Shown here piece after piece: positions 49,615-58,120 of a stretch of 64,000 bases of DNA (within the stretch, counting starts at the first letter, position 1; the number at the start of each line of letters is the position of its first letter). Source of the DNA: a virus. Its lineage: Duplodnaviria; Caudoviricetes. A program made the position numbers and the translations under genes. The notes beneath the pieces are model-generated. The model saw nothing but the letters and a program-made list of their open reading frames with translations, searched no databases and was not told the origin of the DNA. The DNA lies in IMG/VR virus record IMGVR_UViG_3300027782_000046, positions 32,001-96,000 of that record; one strand, 5' to 3'.

Positions 49615-50678
49615 GCGCCAACCAACAAATTTTATCGGGGCTCGGCGCGCCGGCTGTGCAAAAGGTTGACGTTGCAATTGCTATGTACTATTCCCCGTAC
49701 GTCATGGTATATTCTTGGGATTCGGCTACTGGGTTTGGAACTAAGTATGCAGACCCAGGTACTTTGCCGCCAAACCCCGGATATTCTCTTGATTGGCACC
49801 CTACCGGAAATGCTCTTGCAATTGGCATTGGCGGCGGAGGCGGCGTACGGCTTTCGGCCTATGGATGGTCAACTTCTGGATTTGGTTCTAAGTTTTCGGA
49901 TCCTCCAAGCGGAATATATAACGATGTTACCGGCGTATCATTTAATTCGGCGGGAAATGTAATTGCAACTTCATTTATTGGATTTGGAGTTTATATTGCA
50001 GCAATTGCCTGGTCGCCTTCTGGATTTGGAACTAAGTATGCAGACCCAGCAGTTTATCCTGCTGGCGCTGCTCAAGATATAAAATTCAATCCTGCAGGAA
50101 ATGTTCTCGCATGTGTTCACGAATCTTCGCCATATATGACTGCATGGCCCTGGAGCGGTGGATTTGGAACTAAATATAGTAATCCAAGTTCATATTATGT
50201 TACGACTCATTATGGACTTAACTGGTCTCCTTCTGGCAATGCTATTGCGGTAACATTTGATCCTTCTCCTCACCAGTCTGTATATCAATGGTCATCTGGA
50301 TTTGGAACCAGATATTCCGATCCAGGAACTGCAACTGCTGGTACTGGGTGGGGGGCGGCATGGAGTCCATCTGGAAATGCTTTAGCATTTGCTCATTCCG
50401 GGTCACCATTTGTTAGTGTATATCCTTGGAGTTATAGTTCAGGATTTGGAACTAAATATTCTAATCCGGGTACTTTGCCTAGTAGCAGTAATTACGCAAA
50501 ATCTGTTTCGTTTACTGCTGCTGGCGATGCTATTGCATTTACGCATGATGTTACTCCGTATATCTCGGCATATCCTTGGAGTGATAGTACAGGATTTGGA
50601 AGTAAATATTCAAACCCAACTACATTGCCGACATCTGGTGTTACGCCAAATAGTGTTAGATTTTCTCCCCCACATTGA
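49611..50678 (+). CDS. Seven-bladed beta-propeller protein
   Basis: Start re-assigned to ATG 49611 (ATGA overlap); seven W..GFG(T/S)(K/R)(Y/F)xxP repeats. Confidence 0.8.
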   Translation: MSANQQILSGLGAPAVQKVDVAIAMYYSPYVMVYSWDSATGFGTKYADPGTLPPNPGYSLDWHPTGNALAIGIGGGGGVRLSAYGWSTSGFGSKFSDPPSGIYNDVTGVSFNSAGNVIATSFIGFGVYIAAIAWSPSGFGTKYADPAVYPAGAAQDIKFNPAGNVLACVHESSPYMTAWPWSGGFGTKYSNPSSYYVTTHYGLNWSPSGNAIAVTFDPSPHQSVYQWSSGFGTRYSDPGTATAGTGWGAAWSPSGNALAFAHSGSPFVSVYPWSYSSGFGTKYSNPGTLPSSSNYAKSVSFTAAGDAIAFTHDVTPYISAYPWSDSTGFGSKYSNPTTLPTSGVTPNSVRFSPPH

Positions 50679-50687
50679 AAGTATAAA

Positions 50688-50921
50688 ATGAATAAAAACG
50701 AAATTTTAAAACAAGCACTTGTTGCTAGAGAAGAAGAAATTTTTGGATATCAAATCAACATTGATAATTATACGCTTGCCATTGAACATATTAATGCTAG
50801 CGGAGATTCGGATTTAACTGATTTTCGCAATAAGCTTACCGAACTATTGGCGTCTGAAAAATTAGAACAAAAAAAGGCAAAAGTTATTCGAGATATTGTT
50901 CAAAAGCAATTAGAGGATTAA
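50688..50921 (+). CDS. Small helical hypothetical protein
   Basis: 77-aa coiled-coil-like ORF tightly packed between neighbours. Confidence 0.6.
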   Translation: MNKNEILKQALVAREEEIFGYQINIDNYTLAIEHINASGDSDLTDFRNKLTELLASEKLEQKKAKVIRDIVQKQLED

Positions 50922-50922
50922 T

Positions 50923-51369
50923 ATGTACGCGCAACAAATAGAAAATACTTGGAAAGAATTAATAGGAAATATTGTATTTTCTCCAACCATTTATCAGACT
51001 GCAGAATCATTGACTGATGAACAACGTCAAGAATTCAATGTATATTTAATAGAAGAAGCTGCCATACCTTCTGTATCATCTACTCAAAAATTGGGATCGA
51101 TTGTTTACACACTAAAAGATAATGTGGTTGAAAAGTCTTATACTGTAATTGATAAGACATCTGAAGAAATAGCACAAGAGACTGCATATAAAGCGTTGCA
51201 AGTTCGAGCCGAACGAAGAGTTAAACTTGCGGAATCTGATTGGACTCATCTGACTGATAGCACAGTAAACAAAACAGAATGGGCAACATACCGTCAAGCA
51301 TTACGAGACATTACTACACAATCAGGATTTCCGTTAACAGTTGAATGGCCTACTCCTCCTGGAGCATAA
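50923..51369 (+). CDS. Phage tail (fibre) assembly chaperone
   Basis: VRAER..KLAESDWT...WATYRQALRDIT.QSGFP..VEWP motif. Confidence 0.85.
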   Translation: MYAQQIENTWKELIGNIVFSPTIYQTAESLTDEQRQEFNVYLIEEAAIPSVSSTQKLGSIVYTLKDNVVEKSYTVIDKTSEEIAQETAYKALQVRAERRVKLAESDWTHLTDSTVNKTEWATYRQALRDITTQSGFPLTVEWPTPPGA

Positions 51370-51375
51370 TAAATA
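51368..51375 (+). promoter_or_regulatory. Late promoter variant
   Basis: AATAAATA upstream of SD GGAG and ATG 51414. Confidence 0.5.
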
Positions 51376-51413
51376 ACAAGAGAAACAATTAGTTTCAAAT
51401 ATCGGAGCAATAG

Positions 51414-51863
51414 ATGGCCAAGTTAAAAGTATCAGAATTACAAGCAGCGACTCAAATAAATTTGAATGATACAATGTATATCGTTCAAAATGGTGTTAGC
51501 AAACAAGCAAATGTGTCTACATTCCTTGCAAATACTTTAGGCTCTCCTCAGATTGCATCTGTTACAAATTATTCTCTTCTTATAAGAGACCAAGATAAGC
51601 ATTTGTACTTTACAAATGGCACAGATGTAACATTATCTATTCCAAATAATACTGAAATTTCTTGGCCTATTGGCACAACAATTAAAGTTGTCGCAAAAAC
51701 AACAAATCAATCAAATGTTATAGTTAGCCCAAATGTAGGAGTATCTTTATACTTGGCTGGCAATTCAACATCAACATCTAGAAAAATTACACCGTATGGC
51801 GTAGCAACTTTATTAAATGTTGCAGCAAATACTTGGTTTATAAGCGGTTACGCAATCGTTTAA
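51414..51863 (+). CDS. Minimal fibre-like connector protein
   Basis: N-terminus resembles that of 9333; C-domain resembles the C-domain of 43783. Confidence 0.65.
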   Translation: MAKLKVSELQAATQINLNDTMYIVQNGVSKQANVSTFLANTLGSPQIASVTNYSLLIRDQDKHLYFTNGTDVTLSIPNNTEISWPIGTTIKVVAKTTNQSNVIVSPNVGVSLYLAGNSTSTSRKITPYGVATLLNVAANTWFISGYAIV

Positions 51864-51881
51864 TTATTTTTAGGCGATCTA

Positions 51882-53435
51882 ATGTTTTCTCTTAGTGGCG
51901 GGCAGATATCAGGAAGTTTTGAGCTCTCATATAGGGGGCCCTTTGCTGTTCCTGCACTACCAGAATTAACATCTACAGTACCCCAAGGCCAATCTGCATG
52001 GACGGGAACGGCTGGAGTATACAATGGCGGTAGTACAACTATTGAATGGACTGTTCCTGCCGGAGTCACTACTATATCAATAGTGGCAGTTGGTGGAGGT
52101 TCGGGCGGTGGAAATCTTGGTTCTCCTCTGGGAGCGGGGTCTGGTGGCGGGCTTGCATATGGTTCTTGCAACGTAACTGCTGGATCTAATATTACTATTC
52201 TTGTTGGAAATGGTGGCGGAGCATATATTTCTGGAGGCATTTATGATACAGCTGCCGGCGGAGATTCAAAAGTACAGATACCATCAGGAACAGATGTAAT
52301 TGCAGGATATGGCGGAGGTGCAGTAAGTACTTCAACTTCATATGGCGGCAGTTATTATAATTCTGGAATGGATGCATCAAAACCCAGAGGAGGCGGCGCA
52401 GGAGGAAACGGCGCTTGCGGTTCTGGTACAAGTATAGCTGGTAGTGGGGGCGGTGCTGGAGGATATGACAGCAATGGCGGCAACGGCGGTATCAATGGCG
52501 GCGGTGCTAGTACCAGCAACTATTCTGGAGGTGGTGGCGGATATCGAAACCAAGGTGGAGGCGTTGGTTTGCTTGGTCAAAGTGCTGGCGGATTTGCACA
52601 ATCTACAATTAATACAGCAGGATATGATGGATCCGGGGGCGGGTATGGTTCTGGAGGCGGCGGCGCTGGAACATATGTTAACCCATATACTTCATATCCA
52701 AAATATGGTGGGAGCGGGGGAGTAAGAATAGTTTGGGGATCAAACAGACAATATCCTGATCCTGCAAATGTTGCTGATGTATCAACAATTACTTGGGCGC
52801 CAAATTCTCCAAGAGATATGCCGGGCATAGTTGCATGGTATGACGAAAAATCATTTGATGATCGCCGTGGAATTTGGTATGATAGATTGGGCAATACATC
52901 TATCTCAGCAAATGTTGTTGGTTGCGCATTAGTAACTCTTGCTGGAGGCAATGGTGCAAATACAAATCTTGGTGCAGCAATAAGCGGCACACCTGCAAGT
53001 AGTATAACATGGCCAACAGGCCTTATATCAAACACGTATACTATATTCCATGTAACAAGATATTCTGGGTCAAACAAACAAAGAATTTATTCAACAACCG
53101 GTGGCGTTGATTGGGCATCTGGGCATATTAATGGAGCGGCCGGCCAATTTAAGCATGGTAGCTTATTAACTGGATCGGATGGTTCTACTGATTATTATGG
53201 CACAAATTGGTTTGTTACTACAGATCAATTGAATATAGGAAGAACTAACGGGATAACACGCGGTACAGGATCTGGGCTTACAACTTATCCAACCACTTTG
53301 GCAATTAATAAATATAGCACAGAGAAGAGTGATTTCCAAACAACGTGTTTAGTTGTTTGTTCGGGTCAGATGAATTACGGATATTATACTGCACTTGAAA
53401 CCTGGTTGAGAAACTATTACGGAATAACATCATAA
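51882..53435 (+). CDS. Glycine-rich domain plus C-terminal lectin/LamG-like domain
   Basis: WTVPAGVTTISIVAVGGG...GGSGGVRIVW, then VAWYD...LETWLRNYYGI. Confidence 0.7.
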   Translation: MFSLSGGQISGSFELSYRGPFAVPALPELTSTVPQGQSAWTGTAGVYNGGSTTIEWTVPAGVTTISIVAVGGGSGGGNLGSPLGAGSGGGLAYGSCNVTAGSNITILVGNGGGAYISGGIYDTAAGGDSKVQIPSGTDVIAGYGGGAVSTSTSYGGSYYNSGMDASKPRGGGAGGNGACGSGTSIAGSGGGAGGYDSNGGNGGINGGGASTSNYSGGGGGYRNQGGGVGLLGQSAGGFAQSTINTAGYDGSGGGYGSGGGGAGTYVNPYTSYPKYGGSGGVRIVWGSNRQYPDPANVADVSTITWAPNSPRDMPGIVAWYDEKSFDDRRGIWYDRLGNTSISANVVGCALVTLAGGNGANTNLGAAISGTPASSITWPTGLISNTYTIFHVTRYSGSNKQRIYSTTGGVDWASGHINGAAGQFKHGSLLTGSDGSTDYYGTNWFVTTDQLNIGRTNGITRGTGSGLTTYPTTLAINKYSTEKSDFQTTCLVVCSGQMNYGYYTALETWLRNYYGITS

Positions 53436-53443
53436 TTACTATA

Positions 53444-53833
53444 ATGAGATTTGAATTGACTGAAGAAAATTTTATGATGTATGCCATGAAGCATTATGAT
53501 AATCCATATTGTAAAGGCATGGATGAATTCTTAGACGACGTTAAACGATTTAAATATATCAAACGCCTATTAGGAAAGTATCTTAATAATAAAGAACTTA
53601 AAGAGCGATTAATTATAAATCACATAATTATTCTAAATAATTTATTTGGAGTAGATGCAGCAACAAGGATGTTGTTCTTTAAAATAGATAAAAAATACTG
53701 GTCACAACTAAAGACATTTCTGGTATTTTTAAATTATATGCCAGAAAAAATAGTTATAACCGAGGAGTCTCCTATATTTGAATCAGAGATTCCATTGGAC
53801 GCCAAAATAATAGAAATTTTAAGAAGAGTATAA
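53444..53833 (+). CDS. Conserved T4-like hypothetical protein
   Basis: YAMKHYDNPYC...FKYIKRLL...ERLIINHIIILNNLFG. Confidence 0.7.
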   Translation: MRFELTEENFMMYAMKHYDNPYCKGMDEFLDDVKRFKYIKRLLGKYLNNKELKERLIINHIIILNNLFGVDAATRMLFFKIDKKYWSQLKTFLVFLNYMPEKIVITEESPIFESEIPLDAKIIEILRRV

Positions 53834-53834
53834 A

Positions 53835-54383
53835 ATGGGTAAATTTGTAGATTCAGTAATAACCTATAGGATCCTTCGTCTTTTGACAACACCATTTGAA
53901 AAAACAGATGCCTATAAATTAGGTATTATAGATAAAAATGGGAATGAACTTAAAAAGATGGGCGACCTGAATACGGTTGAAGAAAGAGATGCATATACTC
54001 TTTTACACCGATTAGTATTCAGATTGAAAAAAATCATCAATAAAGTTCCAATTGCGAACAAAACTCTAACATCATATGCAGCTGCATATGCCTTAGTTAA
54101 AGAAAGCCTAGATAATAATCACGAACCGATTGACCTAGAATTTCAGTATATAAATAAAGTAAGCGCCGAATTAAATTCGGAGCTGGCGATAGTTGAAGAG
54201 TTTTTAAATGGAAATAAAATTTTTACATTTAAACAGTTTTCAGAAGACGGTGAAGGTGGAGTTGCGGCAAATAACGCTGCAGTAACACCGGGGATTGCAG
54301 GATTACCTCCAGACCAACCCCCTATTAGCAAAAAACGTCAGAAGAAATGGGTTGACAAAAATAGTATATTTAGGAGAAAATAA
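53835..54383 (+). CDS. Conserved T4-like hypothetical protein
   Basis: LLTTPFEKTDAYKLGIIDKNG; internal FKQFSE motif near the C-terminus. Confidence 0.65.
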   Translation: MGKFVDSVITYRILRLLTTPFEKTDAYKLGIIDKNGNELKKMGDLNTVEERDAYTLLHRLVFRLKKIINKVPIANKTLTSYAAAYALVKESLDNNHEPIDLEFQYINKVSAELNSELAIVEEFLNGNKIFTFKQFSEDGEGGVAANNAAVTPGIAGLPPDQPPISKKRQKKWVDKNSIFRRK

Positions 54384-54760
54384 TGGAATTTTTAGGATTA
54401 ATATTAGTAGCATTGGTTGGAGTTGGTGTTTATGTTTTCTTTAAAAAGGAAGACGAACCTTCTCCTACATTAACACCGTTGAACAAGCCAATGGCTGCTC
54501 CTGTAAAAACAGAAACAGTTACGCTTAAACCAATTGATACTCCTGTACCAGTTACAATAGACACAAAAACTGATGCGGCGCCTCAAGAAGCAGTTGCGGT
54601 TGCAATTGCACAGGTTGCGGAAGTTAAACAAGCGCCAGTAATTGAAGAGCCTGTACTGGTTGTAGAGCCAGAACCAGTTGTAGAAGAAACTGCAGCAAAC
54701 CCCGCCGCAAAGAAAACTGCAGCAAAAACAACTGCATCAAAACCAAAAAAGAAAAAGTAA
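54383..54760 (+). CDS. Membrane-anchored Pro/Ala/Lys-rich protein
   Basis: N-terminal hydrophobic helix, low-complexity tail ending KPKKKK. Confidence 0.6.
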   Translation: MEFLGLILVALVGVGVYVFFKKEDEPSPTLTPLNKPMAAPVKTETVTLKPIDTPVPVTIDTKTDAAPQEAVAVAIAQVAEVKQAPVIEEPVLVVEPEPVVEETAANPAAKKTAAKTTASKPKKKK

Positions 54761-54766
54761 TGCAAA

Positions 54767-55009
54767 ATGGAAATGATCGATACTCAAGCAAGGCTTGCCG
54801 TCATGGAACATGAAGTTAAAAATATCTGTGACGAACTAAAAGAGCTTCGTTCAGAACAAAAAGAGCAGCATAATTTGATGATGGCCAAACTATCCAAAAT
54901 GGATGAGCGTATTGGTATCATTGAAAAATGGAGATGGATGCTTATTGGCGGAGCTCTTGTTCTAGGATATTTCTTGGCCCATGTACAAATAGGCAAAATT
55001 ATCGCTTGA
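54767..55009 (+). CDS. Coiled-coil plus C-terminal TM protein (XhlA/holin-like)
   Basis: RLAVMEHEV...IEKWRWMLIGGALVLGY. Confidence 0.5.
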   Translation: MEMIDTQARLAVMEHEVKNICDELKELRSEQKEQHNLMMAKLSKMDERIGIIEKWRWMLIGGALVLGYFLAHVQIGKIIA

Positions 55010-55034
55010 TTTTTTATCATTTCTATATTATAAT
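55006..55034 (+). promoter_or_regulatory. Sigma70-type early/middle promoter for the replication operon
   Basis: TTGATT (55006-55011), 17 nt, TATAAT (55029-55034). Confidence 0.75.
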
Positions 55035-55057
55035 TAAGGCTCTTAGTGGAGCCTTAA
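55034..55057 (+). promoter_or_regulatory. 9-bp hairpin overlapping the primase Shine-Dalgarno
   Basis: TTAAGGCTC-ttagtg-GAGCCTTAA; SD GGAG at 55048-55051. Confidence 0.7.
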
Positions 55058-55058
55058 C

Positions 55059-56075
55059 TTGTCTTTATTTCTCGATTTAAAATATCTAAAATTAATCAGT
55101 AATAGATTGCCATTGTTCAAACAAAAGAACAATCATGTCTATAACTGTAGGTGCATCCTGTGTGGAGATTCTTCTTCAAAGAAAACCAAAACACGTGGAT
55201 ATTTCTATGCCATAAAAAACGACTTATTTTATAAGTGTCATAACTGTGATGCATCAATGCACTTTGGTTCATTCCTAAAGCAACTTGATGCAATGCAGTA
55301 TAACCAATATACTCTTGAACGATATAATGAAGGCTTGCCATTATCTAAACCTCATCAAAAGATTGAGGATAAGTTTAAAATGGCACAACCTGTATTTGAA
55401 CAAAAAAATATTCTAGATGAACTATTAGATCGTCTAGATAAATTACCAGAAGATAATGAGGCAGTTCAATTTTGTTTGAAAAGAAAGATTCCAAAAGAAA
55501 CTTTTGACCGTTTATATTTTATTGACGATATCCGAAAAATTGAACAGCTGTCTGATAAGTACAAAAACACGTTAAAAACATCTGAACCCAGATTGGTCAT
55601 TCCTTTCTATGACCAGGATGGTTTATTAGTAGGAGTAACTTGTAGAGCACTCAGAAATGAATCTTTAAGATATGTTACTATTAAAATTAATGATGAGAAG
55701 CCATTCATCTTTGGACTTGATTTTGTTGATAAAAAGAAAAAGGTTTATGTAGTTGAAGGCCCTATTGATAGTTTGTTTATTCCAAATTGTATTGCAGTTG
55801 CAGGTACTGCATTTGGTAAGTTGGATAGTATCGGCATACCAAAAGAGAATCTAGTTGTCATCTTTGATAATCAGCCAAGGAATAAAGAAGTTTGTAAGAT
55901 CATTGACAAAGCTATCAATAGCAATTATAATACTGTTATATGGCCTCAGACTTTGGAAGAAAAAGATATCAATGATATTGTCTTAACGGGTAAAGATCCG
56001 TTTAAGATGATTACAAAGAACATATATAATGGTCTAGAAGCAAAAATGAAATTCGTATCATGGAAAAGGTGTTAA
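55059..56075 (+). CDS. 61: T4 gp61-like DNA primase
   Basis: Zn finger CxxC...CHNC, PRLVIPF, TOPRIM VEGPIDS, FDNQPRN, KDIND; TTG start. Confidence 0.92.
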   Translation: MSLFLDLKYLKLISNRLPLFKQKNNHVYNCRCILCGDSSSKKTKTRGYFYAIKNDLFYKCHNCDASMHFGSFLKQLDAMQYNQYTLERYNEGLPLSKPHQKIEDKFKMAQPVFEQKNILDELLDRLDKLPEDNEAVQFCLKRKIPKETFDRLYFIDDIRKIEQLSDKYKNTLKTSEPRLVIPFYDQDGLLVGVTCRALRNESLRYVTIKINDEKPFIFGLDFVDKKKKVYVVEGPIDSLFIPNCIAVAGTAFGKLDSIGIPKENLVVIFDNQPRNKEVCKIIDKAINSNYNTVIWPQTLEEKDINDIVLTGKDPFKMITKNIYNGLEAKMKFVSWKRC

Positions 56076-56747
56076 ATGAAAGTTAAATTAATCTCAAATT
56101 CGAAACCATCTAGAGAAATGGTGACGGATGGAATTTATGAAATTGAGGACTTGGTATCATTTTGTGCAAGGGTATCGAATCCATCTAATCAATATAATTT
56201 GGAAACTGCGGACAAGCTAATTAAGTATTTAATTAAGCATCAGCATTGGTCTCCGTTAGAAATGGTTAGTGTGTGTTTAGAGATTACTACAACACGAGAC
56301 ATTGCTCGACAGATTCTACGTCATCGTAGTTTCTCATTCCAAGAATTTAGTCAGCGTTATGCAGACCCAACTAAAGAATTGGATTTTGAAGTAAGAGAAG
56401 CAAGGATGCAGGATCCAAATAATAGACAAAATTCTATTAAGACTGACGATACTGAATTGAATAAAATGTGGCAAGCCAAGCAACGAGATCTTATTGCAGA
56501 AGCAAGACGAACGTATGTTTGGGCAGTTACTAATGGAATTGCAAAGGAACAAGCTAGAGCAATATTGCCAGAGGGATTGACAGTAAGCAGACTCTACATG
56601 AATGGAACCTTAAGGTCTTGGATCCATTATTGTCAACTAAGATCTTCGAACGGTACTCAGAAAGAACACGCCGAAATTGCACTAGCATGTGCTCAAGTAA
56701 TTGCAGAGATTTTTCCGTTGACTAAGGAACTTGTAAATGAACAGTAA
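56076..56747 (+). CDS. thyX: Flavin-dependent thymidylate synthase
   Basis: HWSPLE and RHRSFSFQEFSQRY ThyX signature. Confidence 0.95.
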   Translation: MKVKLISNSKPSREMVTDGIYEIEDLVSFCARVSNPSNQYNLETADKLIKYLIKHQHWSPLEMVSVCLEITTTRDIARQILRHRSFSFQEFSQRYADPTKELDFEVREARMQDPNNRQNSIKTDDTELNKMWQAKQRDLIAEARRTYVWAVTNGIAKEQARAILPEGLTVSRLYMNGTLRSWIHYCQLRSSNGTQKEHAEIALACAQVIAEIFPLTKELVNEQ

Positions 56748-57114
56748 TGATGACGTTAAAACATTCATGCTTGCCGGCGAGCAAAAAGTTTATATTAATC
56801 CAGCAATCGAAGATGATAGAACCAATCAAGCAGAATTATATTTAAGATTGGTGACAGAAGAATACAATGAATTGACTGAAGCATTTCGCAATAATGATCT
56901 TGTAGAAATTGCAGACGCTTGTGCAGATTTAAAATGGGTAATTGAAGGACTTGAACATTCATACGGCATACCACAACAATCAGTATGGGATGAAGTATCT
57001 AGATCAAATATGTCTAAAATGGTTGATGGAAAATTAATAAAAAGAGCAGACGGGAAGGTATTAAAACCCGATACTTTTGTACAACCAAACATAAAAAAAG
57101 CACTGGGGATTTAA
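56737..57114 (+). CDS. All-alpha NTP pyrophosphatase (MazG/PRA-PH-like, possible dUTPase)
   Basis: EEYNEL...EIADACAD...EVSRSNMSK...RADGKVLKP. Confidence 0.85.
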   Translation: MNSNDDVKTFMLAGEQKVYINPAIEDDRTNQAELYLRLVTEEYNELTEAFRNNDLVEIADACADLKWVIEGLEHSYGIPQQSVWDEVSRSNMSKMVDGKLIKRADGKVLKPDTFVQPNIKKALGI

Positions 57115-57831
57115 ATGTGGCTACTGAATTTTGTACCTGATATCATATTCCACGCTATATTGATAGCAGGAATATTAATATTTCTTACTTCATTTGTTCT
57201 AAGATTCATTCCATTCTTTAGAACATATGGTGCATTTATCCAATTAGCTTCGGTATTATTGATTACATTAGGTGTATGGTTTGAAGGTGCCATGAGCGTT
57301 CAAGCAGAATGGGAAGCCAAAGTTGTAGCAATGGAACTTAAGGTTGCAGAAGCTCAAGCAAAATCTGAAAAGACAAATACTGAAATTGTTACTCAAGTTG
57401 TAGAGAAAACAAAAGTTATACACGAAAAAGGTAAGAGCATTATTAATTACGTTGACAGAGAAGTTGTTAAAGATAAAGAAGTAATTAAGTTTGTAGAGAA
57501 TTGTCCTATCCCTAGCGCAATTATAAAAGCACATAATGCTGGTGCATTGAATCAATCTATTGAAATTGTTAAAGCCCCCGAACCTGCTGCATCTGCAGTA
57601 CCAGCACAAAAAGTAGAATCCAAACCTCAAGAACCAGCAAAGACAGTTGCAACGGTAACAACTTGGGCAAATATCAGGCCAACTAAAGATAGTTCAAGCG
57701 AAAAAATTGAAAAGCTAGCCCCATATACTAAGATAGAAGTTATTCGTTTAGAAGGTAATTACGCATTTGTTAAGTCAAACAAAGAAGGTTGGATAGGCAA
57801 AGAATTTATCTCCATAGAGAAAAAAGGATAA
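57115..57831 (+). CDS. Inner-membrane spanin-like protein with C-terminal SH3b-like domain
   Basis: Two TM helices, coiled coil, C-x-IP motif, Pro/Ala linker, then ANIR...IEVI...EGWI. Confidence 0.6.
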   Translation: MWLLNFVPDIIFHAILIAGILIFLTSFVLRFIPFFRTYGAFIQLASVLLITLGVWFEGAMSVQAEWEAKVVAMELKVAEAQAKSEKTNTEIVTQVVEKTKVIHEKGKSIINYVDREVVKDKEVIKFVENCPIPSAIIKAHNAGALNQSIEIVKAPEPAASAVPAQKVESKPQEPAKTVATVTTWANIRPTKDSSSEKIEKLAPYTKIEVIRLEGNYAFVKSNKEGWIGKEFISIEKKG

Positions 57832-57834
57832 GTA

Positions 57835-58101
57835 ATGAAATATCTAATAATTTGTTTAACAATGTTCCTTGTCGGATGTGCTACAACTGTTCCAGTAGTT
57901 GCAAAATTTCCTACAGCGCCCGAAGTATTAAAAGAAAAATGCTCGGCATTAAAAACAATTGAAGGTGATACTATTAGTATTATTGAATATACAAAAACAG
58001 TAATAGCAAACTATACATTGCATTATGAATGTGTGGCGAAAAATGATGCTTGGATCGAATGGTATACCAAGCAAAAGTCTATATTTGAAGAAGTAAAATA
58101 A
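57835..58101 (+). CDS. Outer-membrane lipoprotein spanin (Rz1-like)
   Basis: Lipobox LVGC; FP-x-AP-x-VL-xx-C...NY-xxx-YEC pattern. Confidence 0.7.
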   Translation: MKYLIICLTMFLVGCATTVPVVAKFPTAPEVLKEKCSALKTIEGDTISIIEYTKTVIANYTLHYECVAKNDAWIEWYTKQKSIFEEVK

Positions 58102-58120
58102 CAACGGAGTAAGTAAAAAT

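Noticed and set aside
43965-49628. Minus-strand ORFs over the third fibre gene (e.g. 47379-48101)
   Set aside because: Same antisense-shadow artefact
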